The notes beneath the pieces are model-generated. The model was given only the letters and a program-made list of their open reading frames with translations, ran no database searches and was not told the origin of the DNA. The position numbers and the translations under genes were made by a program. From NCBI GenBank assembly GCA_963761335.1, contig CAVXGR010000021.1, positions 1 through 64,000 of the forward strand: a stretch of DNA of 64,000 nucleotides, read 5' to 3'. Positions 40,801 to 54,650 of the stretch are shown here, in pieces. The DNA comes from an uncultured delta proteobacterium. GTDB taxonomy: Bacteria; Desulfobacterota; Binatia; HRBIN30; BPIQ01. Numbering within the stretch: position 1 is the stretch's first letter; each line of letters begins with the position of its first letter.

Positions 40801-41372
40801 CAGCGCCGCGTCCTCTTCTCCGCCGGCGCTGCCGCTGCGGTCTTCCTCCGTCTCTGCGGCGCGGATGTCTCGGTGCGCCGATAGGTGCCACTGCGCCCGC
40901 CGCTCTTCTCGATCAGCTGAATCTCGGAGATGGTCATGCCGCGGTCGACCGCCTTGCACATGTCGTAGACCGTCAGCGCCGCGGCGCTGACCGCCGTGAG
41001 CGCTTCCATCTCGACGCCGGTCTTGCCGGAGACGGCGACCCGCGCCACGATCTCGAGACGGTCGTCGCCGGCGGCGCGCAGGTCGATCTGGGCGAGGTGG
41101 ATCGGCAGGGGATGGCAGAGAGGGATCCATTCGGCGGTACGCTTCGCCGCCATGATGCCGGCGATGCGGGCTACCGCCAGCACCTCGCCCTTGGCGACCT
41201 GGCCACTGCCGATCAGCTGCAACGTCTGCGGCTGCATGCGCACCACGCCGCGGGCCACCGCGACGCGCTCGGTGACCGGCTTGTCGCCGACGTCGACCAT
41301 GCGCGCCCGCCCGCGGCGGTCGAGGTGCGAAAGCGCGCGGCGTCCCGACTTGCCATTGTCCGAACCCGACAT
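40800..41372 (-). CDS. moaC: cyclic pyranopterin monophosphate synthase
   Basis: LSHLD...MVDVGDK...IPLCHPL...KTGVEMEAL...YDMCKAVD...KSGGRSG. Confidence 0.95.
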   Translation of the reverse strand: MSGSDNGKSGRRALSHLDRRGRARMVDVGDKPVTERVAVARGVVRMQPQTLQLIGSGQVAKGEVLAVARIAGIMAAKRTAEWIPLCHPLPIHLAQIDLRAAGDDRLEIVARVAVSGKTGVEMEALTAVSAAALTVYDMCKAVDRGMTISEIQLIEKSGGRSGTYRRTETSAPQRRRKTAAAAPAEKRTRR

Positions 41373-41386
41373 TAGTTTACCTCCCC

Positions 41387-42331
41387 ATGTCGTCTCACAG
41401 CAGACTGATCATCATCGGCTCCGGCCCGGCCGGCTACACCGCAGCCCTCTACGCCTCGCGCGCCAACCTCTCGCCGCTGCTCTTCGAGGGGGGTCAGCCC
41501 GGAGGCCAGCTTACTATCACGACCGAAGTGGAAAACTACCCGGGGTTCCCCGAAGCGATCATGGGCCCGGAGCTGATGGAGCAGTTTCGCAAGCAGGCGG
41601 AGCGCTTCGGTACCACCTGCGTCGAGGCCGAGGTGACCCGCGTCGATCTGTCACGGCGCCCGTTCGTCGTCGAGGCGGGCAAAGAGCACCACACCAGCGA
41701 CGCCCTGATCATCGCCACCGGGGCCTCGGCCAAGCTGCTGGGGCTGGAATCGGAAAAGCGCCTCATGGGCCACGGCGTCTCCGCGTGTGCCACCTGCGAC
41801 GGCTTCTTCTTCAAGCAGAAGGAGCTGGTGGTGGTCGGCGGAGGCGACACCGCGATCGAGGAGGCGATGTTCCTCACCAAGTTCGCCACCAAGGTGACCG
41901 TGATCCATCGCCGCGAGGAGCTGCGCGCCTCGAAGATCATGCAGGAGCGCGCCTTCCGCAATCCCAAGGTCGAGTTCGTCTGGGACTCTGTCGTCGAGGA
42001 GGTTCTCGGCGGCAAGGAAGAGGGCGTCACCGGCGTGCGTCTGAAGAATGTCCGCACCGGCGCGCTCTCCGATTTCAAATCCGATGGCCTCTTCGTCGCC
42101 ATCGGCCACCAGCCGAACACGAGTCTCTTCACCGGTCAGCTGCAGATGGACGAGAACGGCTACATCCGGACCGACCGCACCAGCACGCGGACCAGTGTCG
42201 AGGGGGTGTTTGCCTGCGGCGACGCGCAGGACCACGTCTACCGCCAGGCGGTGACCGCTGCCGGCACCGGCTGCATGGCGGCGATCGACGCCGAGCGCTG
42301 GCTCGAGGCGCAGGCACACGCCGCCGGCTGA
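41387..42331 (+). CDS. trxB: thioredoxin-disulfide reductase
   Basis: [41 protein letters not shown]. Confidence 0.97.
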   Translation: MSSHSRLIIIGSGPAGYTAALYASRANLSPLLFEGGQPGGQLTITTEVENYPGFPEAIMGPELMEQFRKQAERFGTTCVEAEVTRVDLSRRPFVVEAGKEHHTSDALIIATGASAKLLGLESEKRLMGHGVSACATCDGFFFKQKELVVVGGGDTAIEEAMFLTKFATKVTVIHRREELRASKIMQERAFRNPKVEFVWDSVVEEVLGGKEEGVTGVRLKNVRTGALSDFKSDGLFVAIGHQPNTSLFTGQLQMDENGYIRTDRTSTRTSVEGVFACGDAQDHVYRQAVTAAGTGCMAAIDAERWLEAQAHAAG

Positions 42332-42451
42332 GCCGAAGTTCCTCCACCGCCTACTCCGCGGGTCTGCTGAGTAGAAGCGGCGTCTCGCCGCTTTCGGGCC
42401 GAGGCTGCGACGCCTCGGGGTTCACCCTGACGAGGCGAGACGCCTCGTCTG

Positions 42452-43219
<768 letters not shown>

Positions 43220-43221
43220 CT

Positions 43222-43953
43222 TCATCTCTCGCCGCGGGCTGCGGCGAGCGCCTCGGGCAAGCGGACGGCGCCGGTGTAAAGGGCGCGGCCGACGATGACG
43301 GCGTCGATGCCCGCCTCTTCCGCGGCGACCAGCGCGGCAATGTCGTCGAGAGAGCCGACCCCCCCGGAGGCGGTGACCGGAATGTCGAGGGCGGCGGCGA
43401 CGGCGCGCGTGGCGGCGACGTTCACCCCCTGCTGCGTGCCGTCGCGGTTGATGTCGGTGTAGATGACCCGGCAGGCGCCCAGCCGCTGCACCTCGCGAGC
43501 GAGGTCGGCGGCGTCGGTGCGGCTCGTCTCGGTCCACCCCTGCACGGCGACGTGGCCGTCGCGGGCGTCGATGCCGACGGCGATGCGGCCGGGGAAGCGG
43601 CGGCACGCCTCCTCGACGACCTCGGGATGGGTGAGCGCCGCCGTGCCGAAGATGATGCGGTCGGCGCCCAGCTCCAGCAGCGCCGCCGCCCGCGCCACGG
43701 TGCGCACGCCGCCGCCGACCTCGATGGGGACCGGCAGTGAGCGGCACAGCGCCGCGATCGCGGTGGCATTGACCGGCTCGCCGGCGACGGCGCCGTCGAG
43801 GTCGACGACGTGCAGATAGCGGCCCCCCTCGTCGACCCAGCGCTGCCCGATGGCGACCGGGTCGTCGCCGTAGACCGTCTCGGCGCTCAGATCACCGCGG
43901 AGCAGGCGGACGCATCTGCCGCCCTTCAGGTCGATTGCCGGTACGATGAGCAT
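43222..43953 (-). CDS. hisA: ProFAR isomerase
   Basis: [34 protein letters not shown]. Confidence 0.96.
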   Translation of the reverse strand: MLIVPAIDLKGGRCVRLLRGDLSAETVYGDDPVAIGQRWVDEGGRYLHVVDLDGAVAGEPVNATAIAALCRSLPVPIEVGGGVRTVARAAALLELGADRIIFGTAALTHPEVVEEACRRFPGRIAVGIDARDGHVAVQGWTETSRTDAADLAREVQRLGACRVIYTDINRDGTQQGVNVAATRAVAAALDIPVTASGGVGSLDDIAALVAAEEAGIDAVIVGRALYTGAVRLPEALAAARGER

Positions 43954-43985
43954 ATGCGTCGCTCCGAGGCCGCGGCCGAGGGGCC

Positions 43986-44648
43986 TCAGATCTGCGCCGC
44001 CCCTACGGTGGCCGCGACGCCGCCGGCGTGCACGCGGCGGCCGAAGTTCTGCAGGATGCGCAATCCCACCGCCTGGCTCTTCTCGGGGTGGTACTGGGTC
44101 GCGAAGACGTTGTCGCGGGCGATCGCCGAGGTGAACTCGATCCCGTGGACGGTGCTGGTTGCCGTCAGCGACGGATCGCCGGGGACGATGTAGTAGGAGT
44201 GCACGAAGTAGACGAAGGCACCGTCGTCCACCCCCTCGAGATCGGCAACCGGGCCGTGCTTGCGGATGCGGTTCCAGCCCATGTGGGGCACCTTGAGAGG
44301 TGGCCGCTCCGCGAAGCGGACGACGCGGCCGGGAAAGATTCCGAGGCCCTTCACCGGACCGAACTCGTCGCTCTCCTCGAAGAGGAGCTGCATGCCGAGG
44401 CAGATGCCGAGAAACGGCGTGCCCCTCTCGATCACGCGGCGGACGACATCCACCAGACCGGTGGCGCGCAGGTTGTCCATGCAGGCGCCGAAGGCGCCGA
44501 CGCCGGGCAGAACCACTCCGGCGGCGGCCTCGATGCGCTCCGGGGAGCGGCTGACCGCGGCGGCGTAGCCGGCCCGTTCGATGCCCTTCTGCACCGAGCG
44601 CAGGTTTCCCATCCCGTAGTCGATGATGGCGATCGGAGAAGTCTGCAT
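43986..44648 (-). CDS. hisH: imidazole glycerol phosphate synthase subunit HisH
   Basis: IIDYGMGNL, PGVGAF, GICLGMQ, PHMGWN, QYHPEKS. Confidence 0.96.
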   Translation of the reverse strand: MQTSPIAIIDYGMGNLRSVQKGIERAGYAAAVSRSPERIEAAAGVVLPGVGAFGACMDNLRATGLVDVVRRVIERGTPFLGICLGMQLLFEESDEFGPVKGLGIFPGRVVRFAERPPLKVPHMGWNRIRKHGPVADLEGVDDGAFVYFVHSYYIVPGDPSLTATSTVHGIEFTSAIARDNVFATQYHPEKSQAVGLRILQNFGRRVHAGGVAATVGAAQI

Positions 44649-44677
44649 CGCTTGCCTCGCAGCTGGCGGCGTCGCGC

Positions 44678-45328
44678 CTAGAGGGACCCCTTCGTCGACA
44701 GCACCCCCCGGATGCGCGGGTCGATCTGCGTGGCGGTGTCGAGGGCGCGCGCCAGCGCCTTGAAGCCCGCTTCGATGATGTGGTGCGGGTTGCGCCCGCC
44801 GCGCTGGTTGAGGTGCAGGTTCATGCCCGCCTGGTTGACGAAGGCGAGCATGAAGTCGTGCAGGAGCTCGGTGTCGAAGCTGCCGACCCGTGCCTGCTGG
44901 ATGCTCAGATTGTAGGCGAGGAACGGCCGACCGCTCAGATCGACGACGACGTCGACGAGAGCCTCGTCGAGCGGACAGGCGGCATCGCCGAAGCGGCGGA
45001 TGCCCGCCTTGTCGCCGAGAGCTTCGCGCAGCGCTTGGCCGAGAGCCAGGCCGACATCCTCGACGGTGTGGTGCTGATCGACTTCCAGGTCGCCGCGGGC
45101 GCGGAGCTTCAGATCGAAGAAGCCGTGGCGCGCGAAGCTGTCCAGCATGTGGTCGAGAAAGGGGACACCGGTCTCGATCTCGGCGACGCCGCTGCCGTCG
45201 AGATTGAGCTCCACGGTGATTTCCGTCTCGCGTGTCCGGCGCTCCACACGGGCTCGCCGGCCGTTCGCCGGTGGGCGCGCCGGGCTGCGGGTCTCCGTCT
45301 GCTTCGCCGTCGTTTTCGCTCGAGCCAT
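44678..45328 (-). CDS. hisB: imidazoleglycerol-phosphate dehydratase
   Basis: RRTRETEI, FLDHML, DQHHTVED, NPHHIIEA, STKGSL. Confidence 0.96.
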   Translation of the reverse strand: MARAKTTAKQTETRSPARPPANGRRARVERRTRETEITVELNLDGSGVAEIETGVPFLDHMLDSFARHGFFDLKLRARGDLEVDQHHTVEDVGLALGQALREALGDKAGIRRFGDAACPLDEALVDVVVDLSGRPFLAYNLSIQQARVGSFDTELLHDFMLAFVNQAGMNLHLNQRGGRNPHHIIEAGFKALARALDTATQIDPRIRGVLSTKGSL

Positions 45329-46686
45329 CACCGTCCTCCATTTGCGTCTGTGCGCCGCCGGCGCGCCGCGCCGTCGGTCTCGGGAAAGCGGCAGCGCACC
45401 GCGGCCGCGTGCGCCTGGTAGCCTTCCAGCTCGGCCAGGCGGATGACCGAGGGCCCCAGTCGCCGCAAGCCCTGTCGCGAGGCGAAGATGATGCTGGTGC
45501 GCTTGACGAAGTCGTAGACGCCGAGCGGCGAGAAGAAGCGCGCCGTGCCGCCGGTGGGCAGGACGTGGTTCGGACCGGCGAGATAGTCGCCCAGAGGTGC
45601 CGGCGCGAAGGCGCCGAGAAAGATGGCGCCGGCGTTGTGCAGCTGTGTGGCCCAACGCTGTGCGTTGCGCACCATCAGCTCCAGATGCTCCGGGGCGACC
45701 TCGTCGGCGAGGCGGATGGCCTCCGCCAGGTTGCGGACGACCACCAGCGCGGCGCGGCGCCGCAGCACGCGGGTGATGTCGCGGCGTCGCGGTAGCCTTT
45801 GCAGCTGCCGATCGATGCTCTGCTGCACGGCGACAGCCAGGCGCCGCGACGGCGTCAGCAGCACGGCGCACTCGTCGCCGCTGCCGTGCTCGGCCTGTGC
45901 CAGCAGATCGGCGGCGACGTAGGCAGCGGGTGCGGAGGCGTCGGCGATCACCAGGACCTCGCTGGGACCGGCGATGCTGTCGATATCGACGGTGCCGTAG
46001 ACCTGCTTCTTGGCGGCCTGCACCCAGGCATTTCCGGGCCCGACGATCTTGTCGACGCGCGGCACGGTGTCGGTGCCGAAGGCGAGCGCCGCCACCGCCT
46101 GCGCACCGCCGATGCGATACACGGCGGTCGCCCCGGCGATGCGCGCCGCCGCCAGCACCGCGGGATTGGCGCCGTCGCGCTGCGGCGGCGTGACCATGAT
46201 GATCTCCGACACTCCGGCGACCCGCGCCGGGACGATGTTCATCAGCACCGAGGACGGGTATGCTGCATGGCCTCCCGGCACGTAGACGCCGACGCGGCGC
46301 AGGGGAGAGATCTCCTGCCCGAGGATCAGCCCGGCGGCGTCGCGGTAGCGCCAGGACGGCTGCCGCTGCTGGCGGTGGAAGGTGGCGATGCGGCGGGCCG
46401 CGAGACGCAGGTCGCGGCGGGTCGCCGCCGGCAGCTGGCGCTCGGCGCCGTCGAGCTCGGCGTCGGCGACGCGCAGGTCGGCGGCGCGCAGCGAGACGCC
46501 GTCGAAACGCCGGGTGAAGGACAGCAGGGCGCCATCGCCGCTGCGCCTGACGGCGCGGAGAATTTCGGCGACCTGCGAATCGATCTCTGCACCGCCCTGC
46601 GTTCCGCGATTGCGAATCCGCGCGAAGCTCTTGGCGAAGCCTGCATCGCCGGTGGACAGGATCGGGACGAGTGGCATCGACGTCAC
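45328..46686 (-). CDS. hisD: histidinol dehydrogenase
   Basis: GVYVPGG, GGAQAVAALAFG, KIVGPGN, AGPSE, AQAEH, APEHLE, GPNHVLPT. Confidence 0.96.
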   Translation of the reverse strand: MTSMPLVPILSTGDAGFAKSFARIRNRGTQGGAEIDSQVAEILRAVRRSGDGALLSFTRRFDGVSLRAADLRVADAELDGAERQLPAATRRDLRLAARRIATFHRQQRQPSWRYRDAAGLILGQEISPLRRVGVYVPGGHAAYPSSVLMNIVPARVAGVSEIIMVTPPQRDGANPAVLAAARIAGATAVYRIGGAQAVAALAFGTDTVPRVDKIVGPGNAWVQAAKKQVYGTVDIDSIAGPSEVLVIADASAPAAYVAADLLAQAEHGSGDECAVLLTPSRRLAVAVQQSIDRQLQRLPRRRDITRVLRRRAALVVVRNLAEAIRLADEVAPEHLELMVRNAQRWATQLHNAGAIFLGAFAPAPLGDYLAGPNHVLPTGGTARFFSPLGVYDFVKRTSIIFASRQGLRRLGPSVIRLAELEGYQAHAAAVRCRFPETDGAARRRRTDANGGR

Positions 46687-47596
46687 CTCCCTGGTGTCGC
46701 TTGCGCCGGCGACTCGGGCAGGCGCGCCAGGATGGCTCGCGGCAGACCGGCATCGTCGCTCCGTACCTCGATCCGCTCGAAGCCGAGAGCGGCGATCCGC
46801 CGCGCCGCCGGCTCAGCCTGATCGCTGCCGATCTCCAGGGCCAGCCATCCCCCCGGCTGTAGCCAGTGCCGGCAGCCCGTGGCGACGGCGGCGATGCACT
46901 CGAGCCCGTCCGCGCCTCCCGCGAGCGCCAGGCGCGGCTCCCAGACCGCCACCTCGGGCTCGAGAAGGTCGAGATCGCCGCGGCGGATGTAGGGCGGGTT
47001 GGAGACGACCACGTCGAAGCGCCGACGGAACGCGACGGTGTGCAGGTCGGCGCGCGCGAAGCGAACACGTCCCGCCAGCCGCAGGCGCTCGGCGTTGAGG
47101 CGAGCAATGGCGAGCGCCGGTGCTGAGACGTCGATGGCGGTGATCGCTACGTCGGGGCGCTCCCGAGCCACCGCCAGGGCGATACAGCCGCTGCCGGTGC
47201 CGACGTCGAGCAGCGCCGACGGGCACGGAGGCAGGTGCGCGAGCGCCAGGCGCACCAGCAGCTCCGTCTCCGGCCGCGGAATGAGGGTGTCGCGGGTCAC
47301 CTGCAGGGAAAGCGACCAGAACTCCTTTTCTCCGAGGATGTACGCCAGCGGCTCGCGCCGCAGCCGGCGGGTCATCAGGTCCCGGAAGCGCAGGGCGACC
47401 TCTTCCGTCATCGGATCGCGCAGGCGCGCCAGGGCTCCCGCCCGCGAGGTCCCGAGGGCGCGGGCCAGGAGCAGCTCGGCGTCGAGGCGGGCCGAGTCCA
47501 CTCCGGCGCGCGCCAGGCGAGCCTCGGCCCCGGCGAGGATATTGGCGCCGGTGCGCGTGGAGCCGCGGGCGGACGCCATCGGTGTCGCCGTCTCCA

Positions 47597-47597
<1 letters not shown>
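46683..47597 (-). CDS. prmC: release factor glutamine methyltransferase
   Basis: EPLAYILG, LIPRPETE, DVGTGSG, SNPPY. Confidence 0.95.
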
Positions 47598-48658
<1,061 letters not shown>

Positions 48659-48672
48659 GGGTTCCTCGGATC

Positions 48673-48709
48673 AAAAAAAAAGGGCGCAGGGGCCGCCCCC
48701 TTCGCCCTT
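48673..48709 (-). terminator. intrinsic terminator after rpmE
   Basis: Minus strand AAGGGCGAAGGGG-gcgg-CCCCTGCGCCC followed by a T run. Confidence 0.75.
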
Positions 48710-48732
48710 CGATCCAGGCGGAACGGAGAGAC

Positions 48733-48954
48733 TCAGCCCTCGGTCGCTTCTTCCTGCTTCAGTCCGTACTTGCGGCGGAACCGCTCGACGCGTCCGGCGG
48801 TGTCCACCAGCTTCTGCTTGCCGGTGTAGAACGGATGGCAGGCGGAGCAGATTTCGACGTGAATCGTGGGCACCGTGGAGCGGGTCTCGATGACGCTGCC
48901 GCAGGCGCAGACGATCTTGGCCGCTTCGTACTTGGGATGGATTTTCTCTCTCAT
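48733..48954 (-). CDS. rpmE: 50S ribosomal protein L31 (Zn-binding type)
   Basis: IHPKY...CACG...[23 protein letters not shown]. Confidence 0.97.
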   Translation of the reverse strand: MREKIHPKYEAAKIVCACGSVIETRSTVPTIHVEICSACHPFYTGKQKLVDTAGRVERFRRKYGLKQEEATEG

Positions 48955-49032
48955 AATCAACTCTCTCGGGGACTGAATCGTATAACACCGGGGCATGCCG
49001 GCTGCAAGGTGGGGGTTTCCAGGGTCGTGGGG

Positions 49033-49140
49033 GAAGTTGTCGGGTTGTCTGGTTGTCGGGTTCTGGGTTGGGGTGGGACAGTCGCCAGAGGTCCAACCCG
49101 GTAACCCGGTAACCCGACAACTCGATAACCCGGTAACTCC
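49033..49140. repeat. inverted array of 8-bp repeats (CGGGTTRN)
   Basis: gaagttgt cgggttgt ctggttgt cgggttct ... then ccaacccg gtaacccg gtaacccg acaactcg ataacccg gtaactcc. Confidence 0.85.
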
Positions 49141-49143
49141 GAA

Positions 49144-50628
<1,485 letters not shown>

Positions 50629-50643
50629 GTCCCTCCGCAGGTG

Positions 50644-51639
50644 CTAGCGGCGCGCTCGCCGCATGCGCAGGCCGGTGTAGGCGAGGCTGGCGAGCAGGAG
50701 AGCGCCGAGAACCATTGCCCAAGGCGACAGTGCCGGCGCCAGCGAGCCGGTTCGGCCGGCTTCGCAGGCGATGAAGACAGTGACGTCGTTACTTTGGAGC
50801 TGCGGCTGACATGCGGTGCACACGCCGCCGTCGTCGTTGTCGCACTCGCTGTCCGTGTTGCAGCCGTTGCCGGTGTTCGTGCCCGCGGTGCAGATGCCGC
50901 TTTCGCAGTCGCCGTTCGGACAGTCGGAGCTACCCGTGCAGGCAGCTCCGGGGTCGTCACTGCCGGCCGTGCAGACGCCGGGGAAAGTGAACGGTCCGGC
51001 GAACGCAAGGACGTAGTAGTTGCCGGTTGGGGGAATGAAGCTGGCCTGACCGGTGGCCATTTCGCCAGAGGCGAGGGGAGGGATCAAGCAAGTGGCTTCC
51101 CCAAGGCCCCCCGCACAGACCAAGCCCGTGATGTCGGAGGCGGTGGATCCGAGGGCCTGGAGCGCCGCACCGTCGCCCAGCTGGAACTGACACACCGTGC
51201 CGCTGCCTTGCCTCTCACAGTGTACGCGTCCGTTGGTTCCGCTGCCGAAGCTGCTGCCGGCGAAGGTGTCCCCCGACTCGCTGGGGAAGTTGCAGATGAC
51301 CGAGGCGCCTTCGACATGGCACTCGGTCCCGCTGGGAACTGTCACGGCTTCGCCGGAGCAGGCTGACTGGAACAGGCCGGTCAGAAAATCGGTGAATGAG
51401 TTGTTCGGATCGCTGTTGGGGTCGGCCTGGAGGTCTTGCGCTGTGACCGCGCCGATCAGCGCCTCCTGCTCCGGCATCGGGCAGGCGCTCTGGTTGGTCA
51501 CCTTGAAGGAGACGGTGATCGGCTGTCCGGGCGCTCCGGGCGAGATACTGAGGATCTGGATCTGCGTGCAGCCCATACAGGTTACTGCCCCAACGGAGAT
51601 GATCCCGAGGCGAACCGCAACTCCCCATATTCTGCGCAT
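50644..51639 (-). CDS. Cys-rich exported protein with IPTL-CTERM-like C-terminal sorting signal
   Basis: N-terminal signal/lipobox-like segment, C.xG...G..C....DC repeats, tail APALSPWAMVLGALLLASLAYTGLRMRRARR. Confidence 0.7.
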   Translation of the reverse strand: MRRIWGVAVRLGIISVGAVTCMGCTQIQILSISPGAPGQPITVSFKVTNQSACPMPEQEALIGAVTAQDLQADPNSDPNNSFTDFLTGLFQSACSGEAVTVPSGTECHVEGASVICNFPSESGDTFAGSSFGSGTNGRVHCERQGSGTVCQFQLGDGAALQALGSTASDITGLVCAGGLGEATCLIPPLASGEMATGQASFIPPTGNYYVLAFAGPFTFPGVCTAGSDDPGAACTGSSDCPNGDCESGICTAGTNTGNGCNTDSECDNDDGGVCTACQPQLQSNDVTVFIACEAGRTGSLAPALSPWAMVLGALLLASLAYTGLRMRRARR

Positions 51640-51790
51640 GTTGGCCCTCCTGCTGTCTGTCGCGCGATCTGTCGCGGACGGGCTCTTCCTGGCGGAAATG
51701 GTGCCAAGAATCAAGGGCAAAACACGGGTGCCCACCGGGAGGGTGGGTCTCTGGCGAGCCGGCTTCCGCGACTCGCCTCTGTCCGGGCGC

Positions 51791-52246
51791 TCAGGCGACC
51801 TCGGCGGTGCCCTGGTAGGTGTGCTCGGCGATGACGCTCCAGCGGTCGCGATAGCGCGCGTAGCGACCCCGGTACGGCTTGCCCGAGCCATGCAGGCTGA
51901 AGGTCGGACCGGTCACCGCGGTGGCGGGAATGACGTAGGTCTCGTCTTCACTGCGACGCTGCTTGGCAATGCAGACGAAGATATCGCAATACGGTTTGTC
52001 CCACTGCCCGTGGCGGTGGAAGTTGAAGTTCCAGCTGCTGTAATCGTAGGCATAGCGCTTACCACCCACGGTTACGGTATGCGTATAACAGCCGGGATAG
52101 GCTACCCGCAGAGCAACGCGGGTGCGGCCGTTGACCAGCAGGTCGTAGCGGCCAGTGTCGCTGGCCTCGGAGACCACGAGGCCCATACGTTTCAGACGCT
52201 GCGCCACCGCGCTGCGCGCCGCTGAGTGTTTGGTCTGGCGATTCAT
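51791..52246 (-). CDS. hypothetical protein with a degenerate PD-(D/E)xK-like fold
   Basis: AVAQRLKRMGLVV...RYDLLVNG..RVALR...CDIFVCI...YVIP...YARYRDRW; GAGG RBS upstream. Confidence 0.6.
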   Translation of the reverse strand: MNRQTKHSAARSAVAQRLKRMGLVVSEASDTGRYDLLVNGRTRVALRVAYPGCYTHTVTVGGKRYAYDYSSWNFNFHRHGQWDKPYCDIFVCIAKQRRSEDETYVIPATAVTGPTFSLHGSGKPYRGRYARYRDRWSVIAEHTYQGTAEVA

Positions 52247-52422
52247 GCCTTGCGGCCTCTCGCCGAGAGCCGAATCAACCGCCGGGAACCACTTCCCCGG
52301 CCCTCCTCACCCCCTCAACGTCGACGACCCATGCAAGATTGGGGAGAGACCTGTCAACTGTATACCGCTGGCCGCGTGCAGGCGCAATGCTCGTTTGCGC
52401 GCCGCCGGGTGCGGCGCTGCTG

Positions 52423-53193
52423 CTAGGGTAGGGCGCGGGCGATATATCCGCTGTGACGCTTGGCGTCATACGGACCCCGCCAGAGTTTTGCATGACACGG
52501 CGGCACCACGCCGTCGGCGTAAAAGCCGCCGTCGGCGTCGAGCAGGGCCTGATAGTTCGGGTTCTCCTGACCCCCGACGGGTTGGATCTCCTCGCCGGCA
52601 TTCTGGTCCCAATCGCCGTCGGCGCGCCAGCGGTTCGCCTCGGCATCATAGACCCACGGGCGCGCATCATAGATCGCCACCCGCTCGAGGCCTTTTGCCG
52701 CTCTTCGCGTCCAGATGCGGCGTAGACGTACCTCGCGCACGCTGTACGACCAGCAGTTGGGCTGCACCTGAGTGCGCAGGTTGGAGCGCGGATCGATCGA
52801 TATCGCCTGGCGCAGCAGCTCCTCCATGTGCGCGTCGCGCTCCGCCGCCGGCAGCGGCAGCATACCGACGCCGGTGAGCACGTCCTCGAGCAGGTACGGA
52901 TCGAGAGTGATCGCCTCGCGGTAGGCCTCGAGGGCCGTCGCGACCTGTCCCGACTGCCCCAGCAGGTTGCCGAGCGTCAGCAGGCGAGCGGCGTCGTGCA
53001 GGGGGCCGCGCTGCGCCGCCGGGGCGTCGTAGAAGGCCTGCTGGACCAACCACCTCTGGGCGCTGGCGGCGGCCGGGTAATTACCGGCGTCGCGGTTCTG
53101 CTCGACCAGCTGCTGGTGTCTCTCCCAGGCGGAGGTGCAGCTGCTCAGGGCGACCGCCGCGAGAACCAGACAGATCCAACCACCACCGCGCAT
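52423..53193 (-). CDS. hypothetical lipoprotein with a TPR-like segment
   Basis: VALSSC lipobox; LGNLLGQSGQVATALEAYREAITLDP. Confidence 0.6.
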   Translation of the reverse strand: MRGGGWICLVLAAVALSSCTSAWERHQQLVEQNRDAGNYPAAASAQRWLVQQAFYDAPAAQRGPLHDAARLLTLGNLLGQSGQVATALEAYREAITLDPYLLEDVLTGVGMLPLPAAERDAHMEELLRQAISIDPRSNLRTQVQPNCWSYSVREVRLRRIWTRRAAKGLERVAIYDARPWVYDAEANRWRADGDWDQNAGEEIQPVGGQENPNYQALLDADGGFYADGVVPPCHAKLWRGPYDAKRHSGYIARALP

Positions 53194-53266
53194 CGAGGTG
53201 GCGCTTACACCCCTCCGGCGGTCAGTTGCAAGCGGCAAGCGGCGTGTTATCCTCCGCTCTTCCCCA

Positions 53267-54646
53267 ATGGCAACCAAGGTCTATCTCCAGAGTCTCGGCT
53301 GTGCCAAGAATCTCGTCGACAGCGAGATCATGCTCGGCCTGCTGGCGCGCGATGGCGCCGAGGTGGTGCTCGACCCGGAGGCGGCGGATGTCTACGTGGT
53401 GAACACCTGCGGCTTCATCGGTCCCGCCAAGGAGGAGTCCATCAACGCCATCCTGGAGCTGGCCCGCTACAAGGAGAATGATCCCGATCGCCGTCTGGTG
53501 GTCACCGGTTGCCTGGCGCAGCGCTATGGTGCCGAGCTGCGGGAGGCCCTGCCCGAGGTCGACGCCTTTCTCGGCACGGGCGACTTCGACCGCCTGCCGG
53601 AGGTGGTGCGCCAGCGGCGCCGGACCGACGCCTCGGGTTACGGCGGTGCGGCGCATCTGCTTCCCGACCTGAGCCTGCCGCGGCTGCGCACCGGCCCGTT
53701 CTACAGCGCCTATGTCAAGGTCTCCGAGGGCTGCAATCACCGCTGCTCGTTCTGCATCATTCCCAAGATTCGCGGCCGTCATCAGAGCCGCACGCTCGAG
53801 TCGATCGCCGCAGAGGTCCAAGCCCTGGCTGCCGACGGAGTGGTCGAGCTCAACCTCATCGCGCAGGATCTCACCGCCTTCGGCCGCGATCGCCGCGACG
53901 GCTCGACGCTGTCGGCGCTGCTGCGCCGACTGGCGAGAATCGACGGCATTCGCTGGATCCGCCTGCTCTACAACTATCCGAACTACGTCGACCGCGAGCT
54001 CTTGGAGACGATCGCCGCCGAGGAAAAGATCTGTTCGTACCTCGACATGCCCTTGCAGCACATCAGCGACCGCATGCTGCGGCAGATGCGCCGGGAGCGC
54101 AGCGGACAATCGGTGCGCAAGCTGATCGACCGCATCCGCGCGGCGGTTCCCGGAATCGCCCTACGCACCGTCTTCATCGTCGGCTTTCCGGGCGAGACGG
54201 ACGAGGATTTCGCCGAGCTGCGCGATTTCGTCGAGGAGACGGAGTTCGAGCGCGTCGGCGTCTTCGAGTACTCGCCGGAGGAAGGCACTGATTCCGCCAC
54301 CCTCGCAGGTGCCGTGCCGAAGCGCACGATGCGCAAGCGCTACCGGTCCCTGATGGAGGCGCAGGCGCGGGTTTCGCGGCGACTGAACCAGCGGCTGGTC
54401 GGCACGTTGCAGCCGGTGCTCATGTGCGGGGAGGACGATCGCGGCCGGACATTCGGGCGTCTGCCGACCCAGGCTCCGGACATCGACGGCGTCGTTCATC
54501 TGGCCGAGAAAGGGGAGCCGGGGCGGATCGAGTCAGTGCAGATCAGCGGAGCCGGGACCTACGACCTAAAGGGACACTTAGTCGAATCCGTTATTGACAC
54601 GACTGTGGATCGTCTTTACATTGCGCCTCCCGCTGCGGTGGGTTGA
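53267..54646 (+). CDS. rimO: ribosomal protein S12 methylthiotransferase
   Basis: SLGCAKNLVDSE, VNTCGFI, KVSEGCNHRCSFC, APDIDG. Confidence 0.93.
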   Translation: MATKVYLQSLGCAKNLVDSEIMLGLLARDGAEVVLDPEAADVYVVNTCGFIGPAKEESINAILELARYKENDPDRRLVVTGCLAQRYGAELREALPEVDAFLGTGDFDRLPEVVRQRRRTDASGYGGAAHLLPDLSLPRLRTGPFYSAYVKVSEGCNHRCSFCIIPKIRGRHQSRTLESIAAEVQALAADGVVELNLIAQDLTAFGRDRRDGSTLSALLRRLARIDGIRWIRLLYNYPNYVDRELLETIAAEEKICSYLDMPLQHISDRMLRQMRRERSGQSVRKLIDRIRAAVPGIALRTVFIVGFPGETDEDFAELRDFVEETEFERVGVFEYSPEEGTDSATLAGAVPKRTMRKRYRSLMEAQARVSRRLNQRLVGTLQPVLMCGEDDRGRTFGRLPTQAPDIDGVVHLAEKGEPGRIESVQISGAGTYDLKGHLVESVIDTTVDRLYIAPPAAVG

Positions 54647-54650
54647 ACCT

